A stretch of DNA of 64,000 bases from Vulcanimicrobiota bacterium (GTDB lineage Bacteria > Vulcanimicrobiota > Vulcanimicrobiia > Vulcanimicrobiales > Vulcanimicrobiaceae). Below the pieces are notes generated by a model. The model was given only the letters and a program-made list of their open reading frames with translations. It had not been told where the DNA came from and did not search any database. Below, piece after piece: positions 1 through 12,023 of this stretch (its first letter is position 1; every line of letters begins with the position of its first letter). The stretch is from the NCBI GenBank assembly GCA_963723515.1, contig CAVRQT010000002.1, positions 448,001-512,000 of the forward strand, given 5' to 3'. The position numbers were made by a program, and so were the translations under genes.

Positions 1-47
1 CGCTTGCGGCGCAAGCAAAGACGATGAGTGCAGCGAGTGCTGCGGCG

Positions 48-1830
48 TTACACGTTCGTTGCATAAAGATCGGAGATTTGCGAGGCAAACCGTTGTTCCA
101 CGACACGCCGTTTCACCTTCAGCGTCGGAGAGAGCTCACCGCCTTCAACGGAGAGCTCTTGCGGGAGCACGATGATCCAGCGAACCTGCTCGAACTCCGC
201 CAAGTCGCCCGTGTTGCGGCGCACTTGATCGGCGAGGAAATCGTGCACATCGCCGCGGCCTGCTAAGTCAGAGGTCGACACTGACTTATCGAGGCCCAAC
301 TCAGATCGGACGAGCTCCCAATTCGGTGCAATCAACGCCGCCGGATGCGGCCGCGATTCTCCCACGACCATCGCCTGATTGACGAAAACCGAACGCTTGA
401 TCGCGCTTTCAACGCGCGCCGGAGCGACAAATTTTCCACCCGACGTCTTGAAGAGCTCTCTCTTTCGATCCGTTATCCGCAGATAACCGTCGGAATCAAG
501 TTCGCCGATGTCGCCGGTGTGATACCAACCATCGCGCAATGCAGCGGCTGTTTCGGCGTCGTTCTTGTAGTAGCCGCGCATGACGTTTGGTCCGCGCACC
601 AAGACCTCGCCATCATCCGCAATCTTCACCGTGACGCCGGGAATCGGACGGCCAACCGTGCCGTAGCGGTTGTCTTTAAGACGGTTGACCGAGATAACGG
701 GCGAACACTCGGTCGGTCCATAACCTTCGACGATCACGATTCCCGTCGCGAGCAGCGTCATTGCGATATCGAGATGCAGCGGCGCGCTGCCGCTGACGAA
801 AAACTTGAGCCGATCCAAGCCGAGCACGCGTCGAATTTTCTTCAGGACGAGCACGCGCGCGAACATGTATTTCAACCGCAAGGATAGCGTAGGGGGCCGT
901 TCTTTGAGGAGAGCCAGCATATAGTCGCGTCCCGCGTTTAAGGCCCACGGTACGAGATTCGCGCGTATCCCGCCGGCACGCATTGCGTTGCCCGCGATGC
1001 CCGCTATCACACGCTCGAAAATTCGCGGTACCGCCGTCATGAGGACGGGCCGCACGGACCGCAAATCGCGCAGCAGCTCGTCCGCATGGTGGCAAACGTA
1101 GTACTTTACGCCCGCCCGTAAATACCCGTACATGATCATGTGCTCGTAGATGTGCGAAAACGGTAATACGGAAAGCACCGGCTCATCGGGCCCGATGCTT
1201 GCAAACGCGTAATCGAACGACGAGGCGATCGTGAACGTTAGGTTATGATGCGTCAGCATGACGCCTTTGGGCTGTCCGGTCGTACCTGACGTGTAGATCA
1301 GGATCGCAAGATCCTCGGGAGCAACCTGCGCTTCATCGCGCGCAACGATCTGCGAATCTCCTCGCCGCGCTTGCTCGCCGCGTCTTTCGAGCGCAGCGAG
1401 CGAATGCTCGTCATCCGCATCAAAGATGAATAGCGGCGGAAGATTTGAAAGCGAGCGCAAGCGCTCTGCCGCGCAAGGCGTATCGATCAGGATCGCTTTG
1501 GCTTCAGAGTTCTCGATGATGTATCCGACTTGATCGAGCGCTTGCGTTGGAAATATTGGAACGACGACGAGCGCGCCGAGCAGAATCCCCAGATCCGAAA
1601 CGATCCACTCCACTCGATTCGGTGAGATCAGCGCCACTCGATCGCCGCGCTGGAGTCCGAGATCGCGCAGGCCGGCGGCAAGATTTTCCACGCGCGTAAG
1701 AATCTGCTCGGTCGACCACGATTGCCAACCGTCTTCGCACCGTTCGAGCAGCGCATCGGAGTCGGCGGCGCGATAACGCGCTGCGAACTAACGCCGTCAG
1801 CGTAGCGTCGTCCCGCGTCGTGCTCTGCAT
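48..1830 (-). CDS. fadD: Long-chain-fatty-acid--CoA ligase (AMP-binding); apparent frameshift near 1768
   Basis: AMP-binding motifs YTSGTTGQPKG, EGYGPTE and TGDIG in ORF 48..1691. The N-terminus (MQSTTRDDATLTALVRSAL) lies in another frame from ATG 1830 and joins near 1768. Confidence 0.88.
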
Positions 1831-1872
1831 CGCTTCGCCTGGCTTCGAAGGAGCGCGAAGCCGCCCTTTGGC

Positions 1873-2481
1873 TTAGCGCGTTATCCGAACGAAAGGCGTC
1901 ACGGCGTCAATCAGATGCGGCGTCATGCCGGCGACGTCAGCCAGCTCGTCCAGCGAAGCGAAGGGGCCGTTCGCTTCCCGAAAAGCGACGATGCGCCCGG
2001 CTAGCTCTTCACCAATGCCGGGAAGTTGCATCAGCGTTTGCGCGTCGGCGGCGTTAAGATCGATGGGAACAATTTCAGTCGCCGCCCCTAGCGTTCGTTT
2101 GCGCCGCCGATGGCTGCGATGATGTGCGGTACGCGAATGCCGCGCGATCCGTTCCCCAACCAGGGGCGCGGTAATCTGCTCGCCGTCCTCGAGTTGTTCC
2201 GCAAGATTCACGCCGGCCGGATCGGCTAGCATCGTCAATCCGCCCGCCGCATGAACGGCGTCGATGCCCCGTGCGCCGGATGCAAGATGGTAGAGGCCTG
2301 GCCGAGCAACAGCGCCCGCGACGTAGACGACGATTTGCGAGGCTGGCGGCTGATGCTGACGCGTCGCGAAATAGTGCGGCGCCGGATCGCTTTGCACGAT
2401 CGCATGCGGTGAGCGCGACGGATGGAAGAGCAGCGCGATAACCGCAACCGCGATGGCCGCCGCGCCGGCGTAACGTCTCAC
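1873..2481 (-). CDS. comEA: ComEA family DNA-binding competence protein (SLBB + helix-hairpin-helix)
   Basis: N-terminal TM segment, [18 protein letters not shown] domain, and [26 protein letters not shown]...GPFASLDEL HhH domain. GTG at 2481 chosen as start. Confidence 0.9.
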   Translation of the reverse strand: MRRYAGAAAIAVAVIALLFHPSRSPHAIVQSDPAPHYFATRQHQPPASQIVVYVAGAVARPGLYHLASGARGIDAVHAAGGLTMLADPAGVNLAEQLEDGEQITAPLVGERIARHSRTAHHRSHRRRKRTLGAATEIVPIDLNAADAQTLMQLPGIGEELAGRIVAFREANGPFASLDELADVAGMTPHLIDAVTPFVRITR

Positions 2482-2547
2482 GCGCTTTCTTTCACGGTGC
2501 GCAGTACTGATGCAAAGAGGGTTCGCTCCGGTACGTCCCGAGTTGGT

Positions 2548-5040
2548 ATGACTCTGATGACTACGGGCGGCGCTGCTCCCGCCGGCGCATACGATTTCCG
2601 GACGATCGAACGCAAGTGGCAAGAACGCTGGCAGCGCGAGGAGCTGTACCGCGCACGACGCGACAGCGCGCGTCAAAAATATTACGTGCTCGAGATGCTC
2701 CCCTATCCATCCGGCGATCTGCACGTCGGCCACGCCAAGAATTACACGCTGGGTGATGCAGTCGCGCGATTGATGCGCATGCAAAATTACAATGTGCTGC
2801 ATCCGATGGGCTGGGACGCCTTTGGCCTGCCGGCCGAAAACGCAGCCATCGAGCGCGGCGTTCATCCGGCCGAGTGGACGAAGGCCAACATCGCCAACAT
2901 GAAGCGTCAGATTCGCTTGATGGGAACCAGCTATGACTGGTCGCGCGAGGTCACGACTTGCGAGCCGGCGTTCTATCGTTGGAATCAATGGCTCTTCCTG
3001 CGTTTCTACGAGCACGGCCTCGCGTACAAGCGTGAAGCGCCGGTCAATTGGTGTCCCAACGACAAGACCGTTCTAGCGAACGAACAGGCCGAGGGCGGCG
3101 TCTGCTGGCGATGCGGCGCAAAAGTGGAACGGCGCAACCTTTCGCAATGGTTCCTGCGCATCACCGACTACGCCGATCGGCTGCTGAACGATCTCGATAA
3201 GCTTGCGGAGTGGCCGGACCGGATTCGAACGATGCAGCGCAACTGGATCGGACGCAGCAGCGGCGTCACCTTTTCCTTTGCGGTTGAAAATTCGGAGGCG
3301 CGTATCAGCGTCTTCACGACGCGAGCCGATACGCTCTTCGGCGCGACCTACATCGCGATAGCCGCCGAGCATCCGCTCGTCGAGCAGATCGTCACGCGCA
3401 AACATCGATCGGCGGTCCGCGCCTTTGCCGATGGGCTCAAATCCAAGAGCGAGCTCGAGCGAACGTCGCTGATGCAGAAGGACGGCGTCTTTACCGGCGC
3501 CTATGCGATCAATCCGCTTTCCAACGAACGCATCCCCGTATACGCCACGAATTACATCTTGGCGGACTACGGAACCGGCGCGGTTATGGGCGTGCCCGCG
3601 CACGACGAACGCGACTTCGATTTCGCGCGCACGCATCGTCTGCCGATCGCGCAAGTTATTCTACCGCCCGGCGAGTCGCCCGGCACACTTGACGCCGCCT
3701 ACATCGGCGAAGGGCGACTAATCGCAAGCGATGATTTCAATGCGATGTCGAGCGAACGCGCCCGTGAAGCAATCGCCGAGCGTCTGGTGCGGCTTGGCGT
3801 CGGCGAACGAAGCATTCAATATCGCTTGCGCGATTGGCTGATCTCACGCCAACGCTATTGGGGCACGCCGATTCCGATCGTGTACTGCGAACGCGACGGT
3901 GAAGTGCCGGTGCCGGACGATCAACTGCCGATTCTGCTCCCGACAGACGTCCAAGTCCGTGGCGAAGGATCGCCGCTGGCGCACGACGCCGACTTCGTGA
4001 ATACGACCTGTCCGCGCTGCGGCGGTCCGGCACGGCGTGAGACCGATACGATGGACACGTTCTTCGAATCGTCTTGGTATTATCTGCGGTATTGCGATCC
4101 GGACGATCGCGAGCTTCCCTTTGCACCGGAGCTCGTCAATGATTGGATGGCCGTCGATCAATATATCGGCGGTGCGGAGCACGCGGTTCTGCACCTGCTC
4201 TACTCGCGGTTCTTCTACAAATTCTTTTGCGATCGCGGTTGGGTGGCCGGTCCGGACGAACCGTTCATCCGACTTTTCAATCAGGGCATGGTGCTGCTCG
4301 GCAGCGAGAAAATGAGCAAGAGCCACGGCAATGTGATCGGCATCGATGAAACCGTCGAGCGTGAAGGCGTCGATGCGATGCGGTTGTTTCTGCTCTGCGC
4401 AACGCCGCCCGAAGATACGATGGAGTGGACGAAGGAGGGAATCAACGGGCGCGTTCGCTTCCTGAATCGTGTCTGGCGGGCGTGCGAGCCATTCTTGGAG
4501 CGTGCCAAGAGCATCGACCTGGAGCAATTGCCTGCTGCGCGGAACGACGAGGAACGGCAGTTGCTGCGCGCCGTGCACACCGCTGCGAAGTCCGCCATCG
4601 TTGAAGTTCAATCACGCCGCATGCATTTCAACACGACTGTCGCGCGGTTCGACGAATACGTCAACGCGCTGATCGCCCTCGGTCAAAGAGACCCCAATTC
4701 GCATGTTGTCCTGTATGCAGTGCACGCACTGCCTCTCCTCATCGCCCCATTCGCGCCCCATATCGCCGAAGAGCTGTGGGAACGCATGGGCTACGCGCAA
4801 TCCGTCCATCGGCGATCGTACCTTCGGCCGGACGAACGTGCGCTGGCGCGCGAACAAATCACGCTCGTGATTCAGGTCAATGGAAAAGTGCGCGGACGAG
4901 TGCAGACTGCACCCGGCATCGACGCATCAGCGGCCTTTGAACTTGCGATCGCGCAGCCACCCGTCAAGGCCCAGATTGACGGCAAGGAAATCCGCAATCG
5001 GATCTACGTTCCCGACAAGCTCCTGAATCTCGTCGTTTAG
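2548..5040 (+). CDS. leuS: Leucine--tRNA ligase
   Basis: [13 protein letters not shown] (HIGH), [23 protein letters not shown] and KMSKS motifs. Start is ATG 2548 or 2557. Confidence 0.97.
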   Translation: MTLMTTGGAAPAGAYDFRTIERKWQERWQREELYRARRDSARQKYYVLEMLPYPSGDLHVGHAKNYTLGDAVARLMRMQNYNVLHPMGWDAFGLPAENAAIERGVHPAEWTKANIANMKRQIRLMGTSYDWSREVTTCEPAFYRWNQWLFLRFYEHGLAYKREAPVNWCPNDKTVLANEQAEGGVCWRCGAKVERRNLSQWFLRITDYADRLLNDLDKLAEWPDRIRTMQRNWIGRSSGVTFSFAVENSEARISVFTTRADTLFGATYIAIAAEHPLVEQIVTRKHRSAVRAFADGLKSKSELERTSLMQKDGVFTGAYAINPLSNERIPVYATNYILADYGTGAVMGVPAHDERDFDFARTHRLPIAQVILPPGESPGTLDAAYIGEGRLIASDDFNAMSSERAREAIAERLVRLGVGERSIQYRLRDWLISRQRYWGTPIPIVYCERDGEVPVPDDQLPILLPTDVQVRGEGSPLAHDADFVNTTCPRCGGPARRETDTMDTFFESSWYYLRYCDPDDRELPFAPELVNDWMAVDQYIGGAEHAVLHLLYSRFFYKFFCDRGWVAGPDEPFIRLFNQGMVLLGSEKMSKSHGNVIGIDETVEREGVDAMRLFLLCATPPEDTMEWTKEGINGRVRFLNRVWRACEPFLERAKSIDLEQLPAARNDEERQLLRAVHTAAKSAIVEVQSRRMHFNTTVARFDEYVNALIALGQRDPNSHVVLYAVHALPLLIAPFAPHIAEELWERMGYAQSVHRRSYLRPDERALAREQITLVIQVNGKVRGRVQTAPGIDASAAFELAIAQPPVKAQIDGKEIRNRIYVPDKLLNLVV

Positions 5041-5984
5041 GAACCCGCTTGCCCGGGAGTTTGGCGATGCCGAAAATACGCTACGGTTTCGCGCATTCCG
5101 TCGATTAGATGGGTGCGCGGCTCCCAGCCTAATTCGTGTTTGGCGAGCGACGCGTCGAATTGAGCGTTGCGCGCATCGCCCGCGCGTCGCGGCGCATGCT
5201 CTACGGGCGCCGTAAATCCCGTTAGATCACATAGCGCCGTGTAGATTTGATTGACGCTCGTGCGCTTGCCGGTCCCGATGGCGAACGCCGATCCGGAACC
5301 GCGCTCGAGTGCAGCGCAATTTAACTCCGCAATATCTTTGACATAGATGTAGTCGCGAGTCTGTTCACCGTCCCAGTCGATGCGGACCGATTCGTGCGCA
5401 AGGAACTTGTTGATGAAGATCGCGACGACGCCCGCCTCGCCGCTCGGGTCTTGGCGCGGTCCATAGACGTTGCCGTACCGCAACGCGGTGAAATCAAGAC
5501 CGTGCTCGTTCTTGTAAAAACGAAGGTACTGTTCGCCCGTCATTTTCGTGATGCCGTAGGGTGAAATCGGGCGCAGCGGCGTCTCTTCATCGATCGGCAA
5601 GCGATCGACGTTTCCGTATACAGCGCCACTCGATACGTAGATGATCTTGCGAACGTTCGATCGCACGGCGTTATCCAAGATATTCAAGAGTCCGACGACG
5701 TTGACGGCGGCATCGTACTTGGGGTCGCGTGCTCCTATCGCGACGCTGTGCTGCGCGGCGTGGTGCGAGATCGCTTCCGGTTTGAAGTCACCGAAGATGC
5801 GCGTCACACCCTCGTCACGTATGTCCATGTGAACGAATGTTGCGCGCGACGGTACGTTCGTGCGACGTCCGCCGCCGTGCTCCCAGAGCGAATCGAGCAC
5901 AAGCACATCGTGCCCGTCTCTTAAGAACGCTTCAGCGACATGTGAACCGATAAAGCCGGCACCGCCGGTGACGATGATTCGCAC
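5037..5984 (-). CDS. NAD-dependent epimerase/dehydratase (UDP-glucose 4-epimerase-like)
   Basis: TGGAGFIG Rossmann motif, YGITK catalytic motif and [13 protein letters not shown] start at 5984. Confidence 0.9.
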   Translation of the reverse strand: MRIIVTGGAGFIGSHVAEAFLRDGHDVLVLDSLWEHGGGRRTNVPSRATFVHMDIRDEGVTRIFGDFKPEAISHHAAQHSVAIGARDPKYDAAVNVVGLLNILDNAVRSNVRKIIYVSSGAVYGNVDRLPIDEETPLRPISPYGITKMTGEQYLRFYKNEHGLDFTALRYGNVYGPRQDPSGEAGVVAIFINKFLAHESVRIDWDGEQTRDYIYVKDIAELNCAALERGSGSAFAIGTGKRTSVNQIYTALCDLTGFTAPVEHAPRRAGDARNAQFDASLAKHELGWEPRTHLIDGMRETVAYFRHRQTPGQAGS

Positions 5985-6072
5985 CCACGCATCTTTCTCG
6001 CTCAAGCCGTAGGCAGCCCTCGAAGGATACCGGCGCTTGCGGTCTTTCACGGCCGTAACAGTTACTTCTTCA

Positions 6073-8383
6073 ATGGATCGTGCGCCGCTCGTTGCGCTCG
6101 CGATCGCGGCCGGCGTCGGCACAGCGGCCGCTTCGCCGCTCACCTTCGAGCAACAAATCAGTTGCCGTGGTGGTGGCCGCGGCGCTTTGTCTTTGGTCAA
6201 TCGCTCGTCCGGCGCGCAAATCGCTCGAGTTGGCTCTGATCGCTGCGTTGCTCATCTCTTATGGTGTGGCGCGACTTCATTTGGCACATCGCATCGAACT
6301 GCGTGAAGGCCATACGAAGCGCTACGTCGCGACGATACTGGCCTCGACGACTGCAGCGATCGGCGCCTCAGAAACGACGCTCCAGCTCGATGACGGCAGC
6401 GTCTTGTCGGCAACGCTCCGCGAGCCGCCGCCCAAGACCGGATTGCGCGTCATCGTGCGGGGAAGAATTACCCCCTTCGACCCGCCGCGCAATCCCGGGG
6501 AGCCGGATCAGCGAACGCTCGAACGGGAACGCGGTTTCGACGGGATGCTGAGCGGCGCCATCATCTTGCGAACGCTCCCGCAAACTCGCGCATCGCCGCA
6601 AATTTTTTTGGCGCGGTTGCGCGCGCTCGCGGACGAACGGCTGCATCAGACGATCGAAGAGCCGTACGCGTCGATTCTTGCGGGGGAACTTTGGGGTCAG
6701 AAATCCGCCCTGCCGCCGGCATTGCGTGCAGAATTTCAGGACAGCGGAACGGTGCACGTGCTCGTCACTGCCGGCTTGCATCTCGGCATCATCGCGTGGC
6801 TTGCGATTCTGTTTACTACGTGGCTCCAAATGCCGCGGATTTACGCATGCGGGATCACCGCGCTGATCGTGTGGGCGTATGCGGTCTTCAGCGGCTTTCA
6901 TCTACCGGCGATGCGCGCCGCAACGATGATCACGTTTGCCCTCGCAGCGCGCGCTTGTGGCGCCAAGGCGCTGTCGTGGAACGCTTTAGGAGCCGCTGCG
7001 ATCGTTGCGCTCTTGTACGATCCGCAAAGCGTCAGCAGCGCGTCTTTTGCGATGTCCTTCAGTTGTGTCGGATCGATCTTCTTGACCGCGCCGCTGATCA
7101 AGCCGGCATTGGAGAAGCTCGCGGCGATTCCGACGATCGTTGTGGAAGCGCTGACCCTCTCGATCGCAACCCAGATCGGCGTGTGGCCGGTCACAGCCGC
7201 AACCTTCTTGCTCTTCGCGCCGTATTCGATCTTGGCAAATGCAGCGGTCGTTCCGATCGTCGGCGCGACGATGGTAGCCGGCACGTTGCAAATGCTCCTC
7301 GCGAACATTCCGATGCTGGGGTACGCGGTTGCAAACTTCAATACGTTGCTCTTGCAGTTCGTCGTCGCCGCTGTACAAGGTGCCGCGACGCTGCCGTTTG
7401 CGCACGTCGTAATGACGCCGCCGCCGTTGTGGACGATCGCGGTTTACGATGTCGCGTTGATCGCGGCTGTGTGCCTTTTGCGCCGCAATGCACGCACTGC
7501 GGCGTGCGCGCTCGTCCTCGTGGCTGCTCTTCTCGTCGTGTGGCCGCCGCGCGCCGTTGATGCGCGGCTGAAAATCACCGCGCTCGATGTCGGCCAAGCC
7601 GATGCCATCATCGTTCGGACCCCTGCCGGTCATGCGCTCTTAATCGACGCGGGCGGTCGGCTGGAACGCGGGCCGCAAACTGCAGGCGGTTCGATGGCTG
7701 AACGTGTCGGCGAGACGGTCGTCGCGCCGTTTCTGATTCGCGCCGGCGTGCATCACCTCGACGCAATCATCCTCTCTCATCCCCATGGCGATCATGCCGG
7801 CGGCGTGGCCCCTATTTTGCGATTGTTGCGTGCCGATACGTTTGCCGACAGCGGTCAGCGCTACGGCGGCTACGCCTACAATGATGCTTTAGCCGTCGCC
7901 GGCGATGAGGACGTTCGGATCGTTAGGCCGGCCGTGGGAGCTGTTTGGCGAACGGATGACGGCGTCTCATTAACGTTTCTCGGCCCGACGCGGCCGTTCA
8001 TCAGCGGGTCACGCAACGACATCAACAACAACTCGCTCGTCTTCATGCTGCAGTACAAGTCGTTCCGCATGCTCTTCACCGGTGATGCGGGCGCTGAAGC
8101 AGAGCAGCGTCTGTTACATGAAGCCGTTGATCTGCACGCCGAGGTGTTGAAAGTCGGCCATCACGGAAGTGCTTACAGTTCTACGCCGGAGTTTATCGGA
8201 GCGGTTCATCCGAATGACGTGATCATCTCCGTCGGGCGGCATAATCTCTTCGGCCATCCGGCGCCTTCCACACTGGAGACGCTGACGCGCTTCGGCGCGC
8301 GGATCTATCGCACGGACGAGAACGGTGCCGTCTCAATTATGTGCGACGGAGCAGCTTACACGGTAAAGACAATGCTTCCGTAA
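6073..8383 (+). CDS. comEC: DNA internalization competence protein ComEC/Rec2; apparent frameshift near 6160
   Basis: Competence domain (GTVHVLVTAGLH, multiple TMs) plus C-terminal metallo-beta-lactamase domain (LDVGQAD, SHPHGDH, KVGHHGS). The hydrophobic N-terminus starts at ATG 6073 in a neighbouring frame. Confidence 0.92.
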
Positions 8384-8385
8384 TT

Positions 8386-8661
8386 TTACGAAAGCCGCTT
8401 CTGTAAACGGATCTGAACGCCGTCGCCCGCTTCTTTGCCGATCGCCTTACGAAGGTCGTTCTTGATCGGGAGTTTGTGCGTTCCATCGCCCAGCGCCATG
8501 AATGAGCTCCGGAACGAAACACCGTCTATGGCGCCGGAGATCTTCACGAGACCGCGCGTTCCGAAAAAGGCGGCCGAACCAGGCATAACGACATAGGTCC
8601 AGCCGCCTTTTGCCGGCGATTTTTGCAGCTTAGCGCGAAATTGTTTCTTCAACTCCGCCAT
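8386..8661 (-). CDS. DUF1905 family protein
   Basis: AKGGWTYV...[33 protein letters not shown] pattern. TAATG overlap with the upstream gene. Confidence 0.8.
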   Translation of the reverse strand: MAELKKQFRAKLQKSPAKGGWTYVVMPGSAAFFGTRGLVKISGAIDGVSFRSSFMALGDGTHKLPIKNDLRKAIGKEAGDGVQIRLQKRLS

Positions 8662-9077
8662 TACGGCTTGGCTGCGATCTCCTCGCGGGTGCGCCGTTCT
8701 AAATCTTTGATTTCGGGCGTCATTGCCGGTCCGAAATCTTCTGCCTCGAAGATCTGACGAATCTCGACCTGCCCGTCTTCGAAGGGCGCGCGCTTCATCC
8801 ACTCGACCGCTTCATCTTTTGATCGGGTGCGAATGACCCAGAAACCCGCAACCAATTGCTCCGTTTCTGGAAATGGGCCGCTCGTAACCGTGCGCTCCGA
8901 ACCGGAAAATTTGATGCGCGCACCGCTTGAACTGGCTTGCAAGCCTTCACCCGCGAGCATCACACCCGCTTTGGCCATTTCTTCATTGAAGCGGAGCATG
9001 TTGGCCAACATATCGGCGCTCGGAAGAACGCCCGATTCAGAATCCTTATTCGCTTTGACGATTACCATAAAGCGCAT
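8661..9077 (-). CDS. YciI family (DGPF-type) protein
   Basis: MRFMVIVKA...[10 protein letters not shown]...[14 protein letters not shown]...EIRQIFE. Translationally coupled on both sides. Confidence 0.85.
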   Translation of the reverse strand: MRFMVIVKANKDSESGVLPSADMLANMLRFNEEMAKAGVMLAGEGLQASSSGARIKFSGSERTVTSGPFPETEQLVAGFWVIRTRSKDEAVEWMKRAPFEDGQVEIRQIFEAEDFGPAMTPEIKDLERRTREEIAAKP

Positions 9078-9490
9078 TAAAACGGCCCTCCAATTGTCAT
9101 CATCCACTCGATGCCGAAACGATCTTGAACAGTTCCAAACTTGCCGCCCCAAAACGCATCTTCAATCGGCATCGTTACCTTGCCGCCTTCTGAAAGCGCA
9201 TTGAAAACGCGTTCCCCTTCGCCTTCTTTTGTCGAGAGCGCGAGCGAGATGTTGCCTTCCTCGGGATCGACCGTCTTTACGTCGCGGCCGTCGGAGGCGA
9301 AGAAGCTCACACCGGGAGCGGTGAACGACGCATGCATGACGCGGTTTTGCGCATCCGGCGGAAAATCGCCGGCCATCGGCGCGTCTTTCATGCGCTGAAG
9401 CTCGTAGTCACCGCCGAGCGCCTTCTTATAGAAATTCAGCGCCTCTTCGCATCGGCCGTAGAAAAACACATAGGGTTTGAGTTGCATCAT
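9077..9490 (-). CDS. VOC/glyoxalase family protein (PhnB-like)
   Basis: PYVFFYGRCEEALNFY, VMHA and FWGGKFGTVQDRFGIEW. AAGGAG RBS. Confidence 0.87.
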   Translation of the reverse strand: MMQLKPYVFFYGRCEEALNFYKKALGGDYELQRMKDAPMAGDFPPDAQNRVMHASFTAPGVSFFASDGRDVKTVDPEEGNISLALSTKEGEGERVFNALSEGGKVTMPIEDAFWGGKFGTVQDRFGIEWMMTIGGPF

Positions 9491-9499
9491 CTCTCCTTT

Positions 9500-9991
9500 T
9501 CAGTTTGTGCCGGCGTACGCGCGGCGCAGCTCTTCGAGGTCGAGCTTCTCCATTTGCAGCATCGCCTTCATCGCGCGCTGCGCTTTCTCAGGATCGGAAC
9601 CACCGAGCACGTCGACTAATCCGGCCGGAACGATGTTCCAAGAGAAGCCGTACTTGTCACGCACCCAACCGCATGGCAACTTCTCGCCGCCTTCGGAGAG
9701 CTTATCCCAAAGGTGGTCGACTTCGCCTTGTGTCTGGCAATCAACGAACAATGCGATGCCGCCGACTTGCATGTCACCGGCCTTCTGCGAATCGCCGAAG
9801 CCGTTGAGCGCCATGAATTCTTGGCCCTCGAGCTGGAACTCGACGACCATGGCAGCGCCTTTTGGGCCAGGGCCCGCGTCGCCGTAGCGGCTGACGTTGT
9901 CGATCCTCGAGTCCTTGAAGATCGAGACGTAAAAGTTTGCGGCTTCTTCGGCTTGGTCGTTAAACCACAAAAACGGAGTGATCTTCTGCAT
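9500..9991 (-). CDS. VOC family protein (3-demethylubiquinone-9 3-methyltransferase-like)
   Basis: MQKITPFLWFNDQAEEAANFY and CGWVRDKYGFSWNIVP. Confidence 0.88.
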   Translation of the reverse strand: MQKITPFLWFNDQAEEAANFYVSIFKDSRIDNVSRYGDAGPGPKGAAMVVEFQLEGQEFMALNGFGDSQKAGDMQVGGIALFVDCQTQGEVDHLWDKLSEGGEKLPCGWVRDKYGFSWNIVPAGLVDVLGGSDPEKAQRAMKAMLQMEKLDLEELRRAYAGTN

Positions 9992-10381
9992 TAAACATTT
10001 ACCTTTCGTGCAAACAATGGTGCAAAGTATGCGCGCAGCGGCCACGCGACGATAAACCACAGGATCGTGACGAGAATCGGGAAGGGAATGAGCGCTTGCG
10101 GCCACATCGTGATGTGGAACGCCAGAATATTCACGATAACGGCGCCGAGAAGGACGAGCGCAAGCGGCACATACTGATCCAGCAAGAGTAACAAACCGGC
10201 CGACTACCTGAACGCCCGACGGAAGATAGGTGTAGTGCGAGCTCAGCATCGCGCCGGAGAACGCGCCTGCATTTCCCGGAATGTGCGGCGGCGGCGGAAG
10301 GAACAGCAAGAAGCCGTTCAGCCCGAAAACGACAAAGAGCAAGCCGAGCAGCAGTCTTGCGAGCGGGACGATGATGCGCAT
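9991..10381 (-). CDS. DoxX-like membrane protein; apparent frameshift near 10200
   Basis: RLLLGLLFVVFGLNGF N-terminus joins YVPLALVLLGAVIVNILAFH in another frame; four TM segments. Confidence 0.75.
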
Positions 10382-10398
10382 GGGTTTTGCCTTTTACC

Positions 10399-10782
10399 CT
10401 ACGGCACCACGAGACCGACTGTGTGGCCTTCGGGATCCTGGAAGAGCGCGATCACCGGTCCGTTTGGAACCTTATCGGGTCCCATCATCTTCTTTCCGCC
10501 GAGCGATTCGATCTTACGCAGCGCTGCATCAGCGTCATCAACGGCCACATAAAACGTCACGTGACCGGAGTAGCCTTGCGGCGCTTTGCCGATTCCGCCG
10601 TCGATGCTCATGCCGGGCGGTTCGGGACGCCGATCGCCGATCGGTTTAACGATCGTGTAGTCGATGTCGCCGGCGCCGGCAACCGGAGACTCGATCTCCC
10701 AATCGAAGGCATCTTTATAGAAAGAACGCAGCCGCTCAGGGTCTTTGCCGACAATCTCAAAGTGGACGACCGGATTTCCCAT
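10399..10782 (-). CDS. VOC/glyoxalase family protein
   Basis: MGNPVVHFEIVGKD...FYKDAFDW...VTFYVAVDD...FQDPEGHTVGL. AAGGAG RBS. Confidence 0.88.
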   Translation of the reverse strand: MGNPVVHFEIVGKDPERLRSFYKDAFDWEIESPVAGAGDIDYTIVKPIGDRRPEPPGMSIDGGIGKAPQGYSGHVTFYVAVDDADAALRKIESLGGKKMMGPDKVPNGPVIALFQDPEGHTVGLVVP

Positions 10783-10822
10783 TTCATTGCTCCTTTCAAC
10801 TGGCTTTTGTTTGGAGGTACCG

Positions 10823-10890
10823 CGCAGTATAGCGCGTACACTTGTAAAAAGCAAGTACTGTTCATAAAAGAAATAATGCGCTATACTGCG
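10823..10890. promoter_or_regulatory. Back-to-back divergent promoters with probable HxlR operator
   Basis: Perfect 13-bp inverted repeat (10823-10835 / 10878-10890), each arm carrying TATACT. The leftward promoter reads TTGCTT-17-TATACT. Palindrome ACTTG-N7-CAAGT at 10840-10856. Confidence 0.6.
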
Positions 10891-10893
10891 AAC

Positions 10894-11535
10894 ATGCCGG
10901 TGCGCAGCTACGGGCAGTATTGCGGCTTTTCGCGGGCCCTTGAAATCGTCGGGGAGCGATGGGCACTTTTGATCGTGCGCGATCTGCTCGTGGGGCCGAA
11001 GCGCTTCAGCGATTTACAGCGCGGTCTGCCCGGAATCCCAAGCAACATCCTCACCGCGCGTCTGAAAGAACTGGAAGAGGACGGCATCGTGCGGCGCCGG
11101 CTTCTGCCGCGCCCGTCGGGCGCCATCGTCTACGAGTTAACGGAAGCCGGCCGGCAGCTGGAAGAACCGGTCATCAGCTTGGGACGCTGGGGCGCTAAGC
11201 GACTTGGCGATCCGCGCGCCGATGAAACGGTCACCGAAGATTCGATCGCTTCTGCGTTGCTCTCGACTTTTCGGCCGCAACATGCAAGCCGCACGAACGT
11301 CAGTTATGAGCTGCGCCTTGGGCCAATCACCGTCAACGCGCAGATTCATAATCGAAAACTGCGCGTCGGAAGAGGCTCGCTGGCGAACCCGGACCTCATA
11401 ATCGAAGCGGGTCCGGCGATTCGCGCGCTGATGGCGCGCGAGATTTCGCCGGAAGAAGCGCTCAAGAAAAAAATCGTCCGTGTGAAAGGCGACAAGCAAT
11501 TGCTGACGCGCTTCACCCAGATGTTTCAGATTTAG
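10894..11535 (+). CDS. HxlR family winged-helix transcriptional regulator with SCP2-like C-terminal domain
   Basis: YGQYCGFSRALEIVGERWALLIVRDLL...RFSDL...LTARLKELE...YELT. Confidence 0.88.
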   Translation: MPVRSYGQYCGFSRALEIVGERWALLIVRDLLVGPKRFSDLQRGLPGIPSNILTARLKELEEDGIVRRRLLPRPSGAIVYELTEAGRQLEEPVISLGRWGAKRLGDPRADETVTEDSIASALLSTFRPQHASRTNVSYELRLGPITVNAQIHNRKLRVGRGSLANPDLIIEAGPAIRALMAREISPEEALKKKIVRVKGDKQLLTRFTQMFQI

Positions 11536-11539
11536 CGGC

Positions 11540-12013
11540 TTACTTCTCGATCAAGACTTTCGGCGGAAGCAGCCACAGCAGTTTCCCGCGCGACGAATCT
11601 GCATCACGCAATTCGAAGCACGCCACACCGCCTTTTTTGAGATCGATGTCGCCTCCGCCGATCACGCGGCTGATCGTCTCGCTCATGCTTGGTTCATGAC
11701 CGACGAGCATGATCGCGTCCGCGTCGCGATGATCTTTTAAAATCGCCTGCAGTTTCCGCGCATCGAGATCGACGATCCGCTCATCGTCTGAGACGCGCAT
11801 CTTCAGCGCTTCGGCGACAATCATCGCGGTCTGCCTCGCGCGCAGAAGCGGGCTCGTCAACATCTGATCCAACTTGAGCCGCATTTCTCCCAGCGCGCGT
11901 CCCTCAAGCGTCGTGCGCTCACGCCCTTCGGCGCTCAGCGGACGCTCCGCGTCATCTCCTTGCCATGCTTTCGGGTCGCCGGCATCGCCATGCCGCAAAA
12001 AGTACACCTTCAT
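11540..12013 (-). CDS. sixA: Phosphohistidine phosphatase SixA
   Basis: RHGDA, SPLLRARQTA and LVGHEP motifs. Confidence 0.88.
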   Translation of the reverse strand: MKVYFLRHGDAGDPKAWQGDDAERPLSAEGRERTTLEGRALGEMRLKLDQMLTSPLLRARQTAMIVAEALKMRVSDDERIVDLDARKLQAILKDHRDADAIMLVGHEPSMSETISRVIGGGDIDLKKGGVACFELRDADSSRGKLLWLLPPKVLIEK

Positions 12014-12023
12014 TCGATCACCT

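Noticed and set aside
9500..10381. Apparent DoxX-VOC fusion ORF (293 aa)
   Set aside because: It is created by a frameshift near 10200. The VOC gene has its own ATG at 9991 overlapping the DoxX stop.
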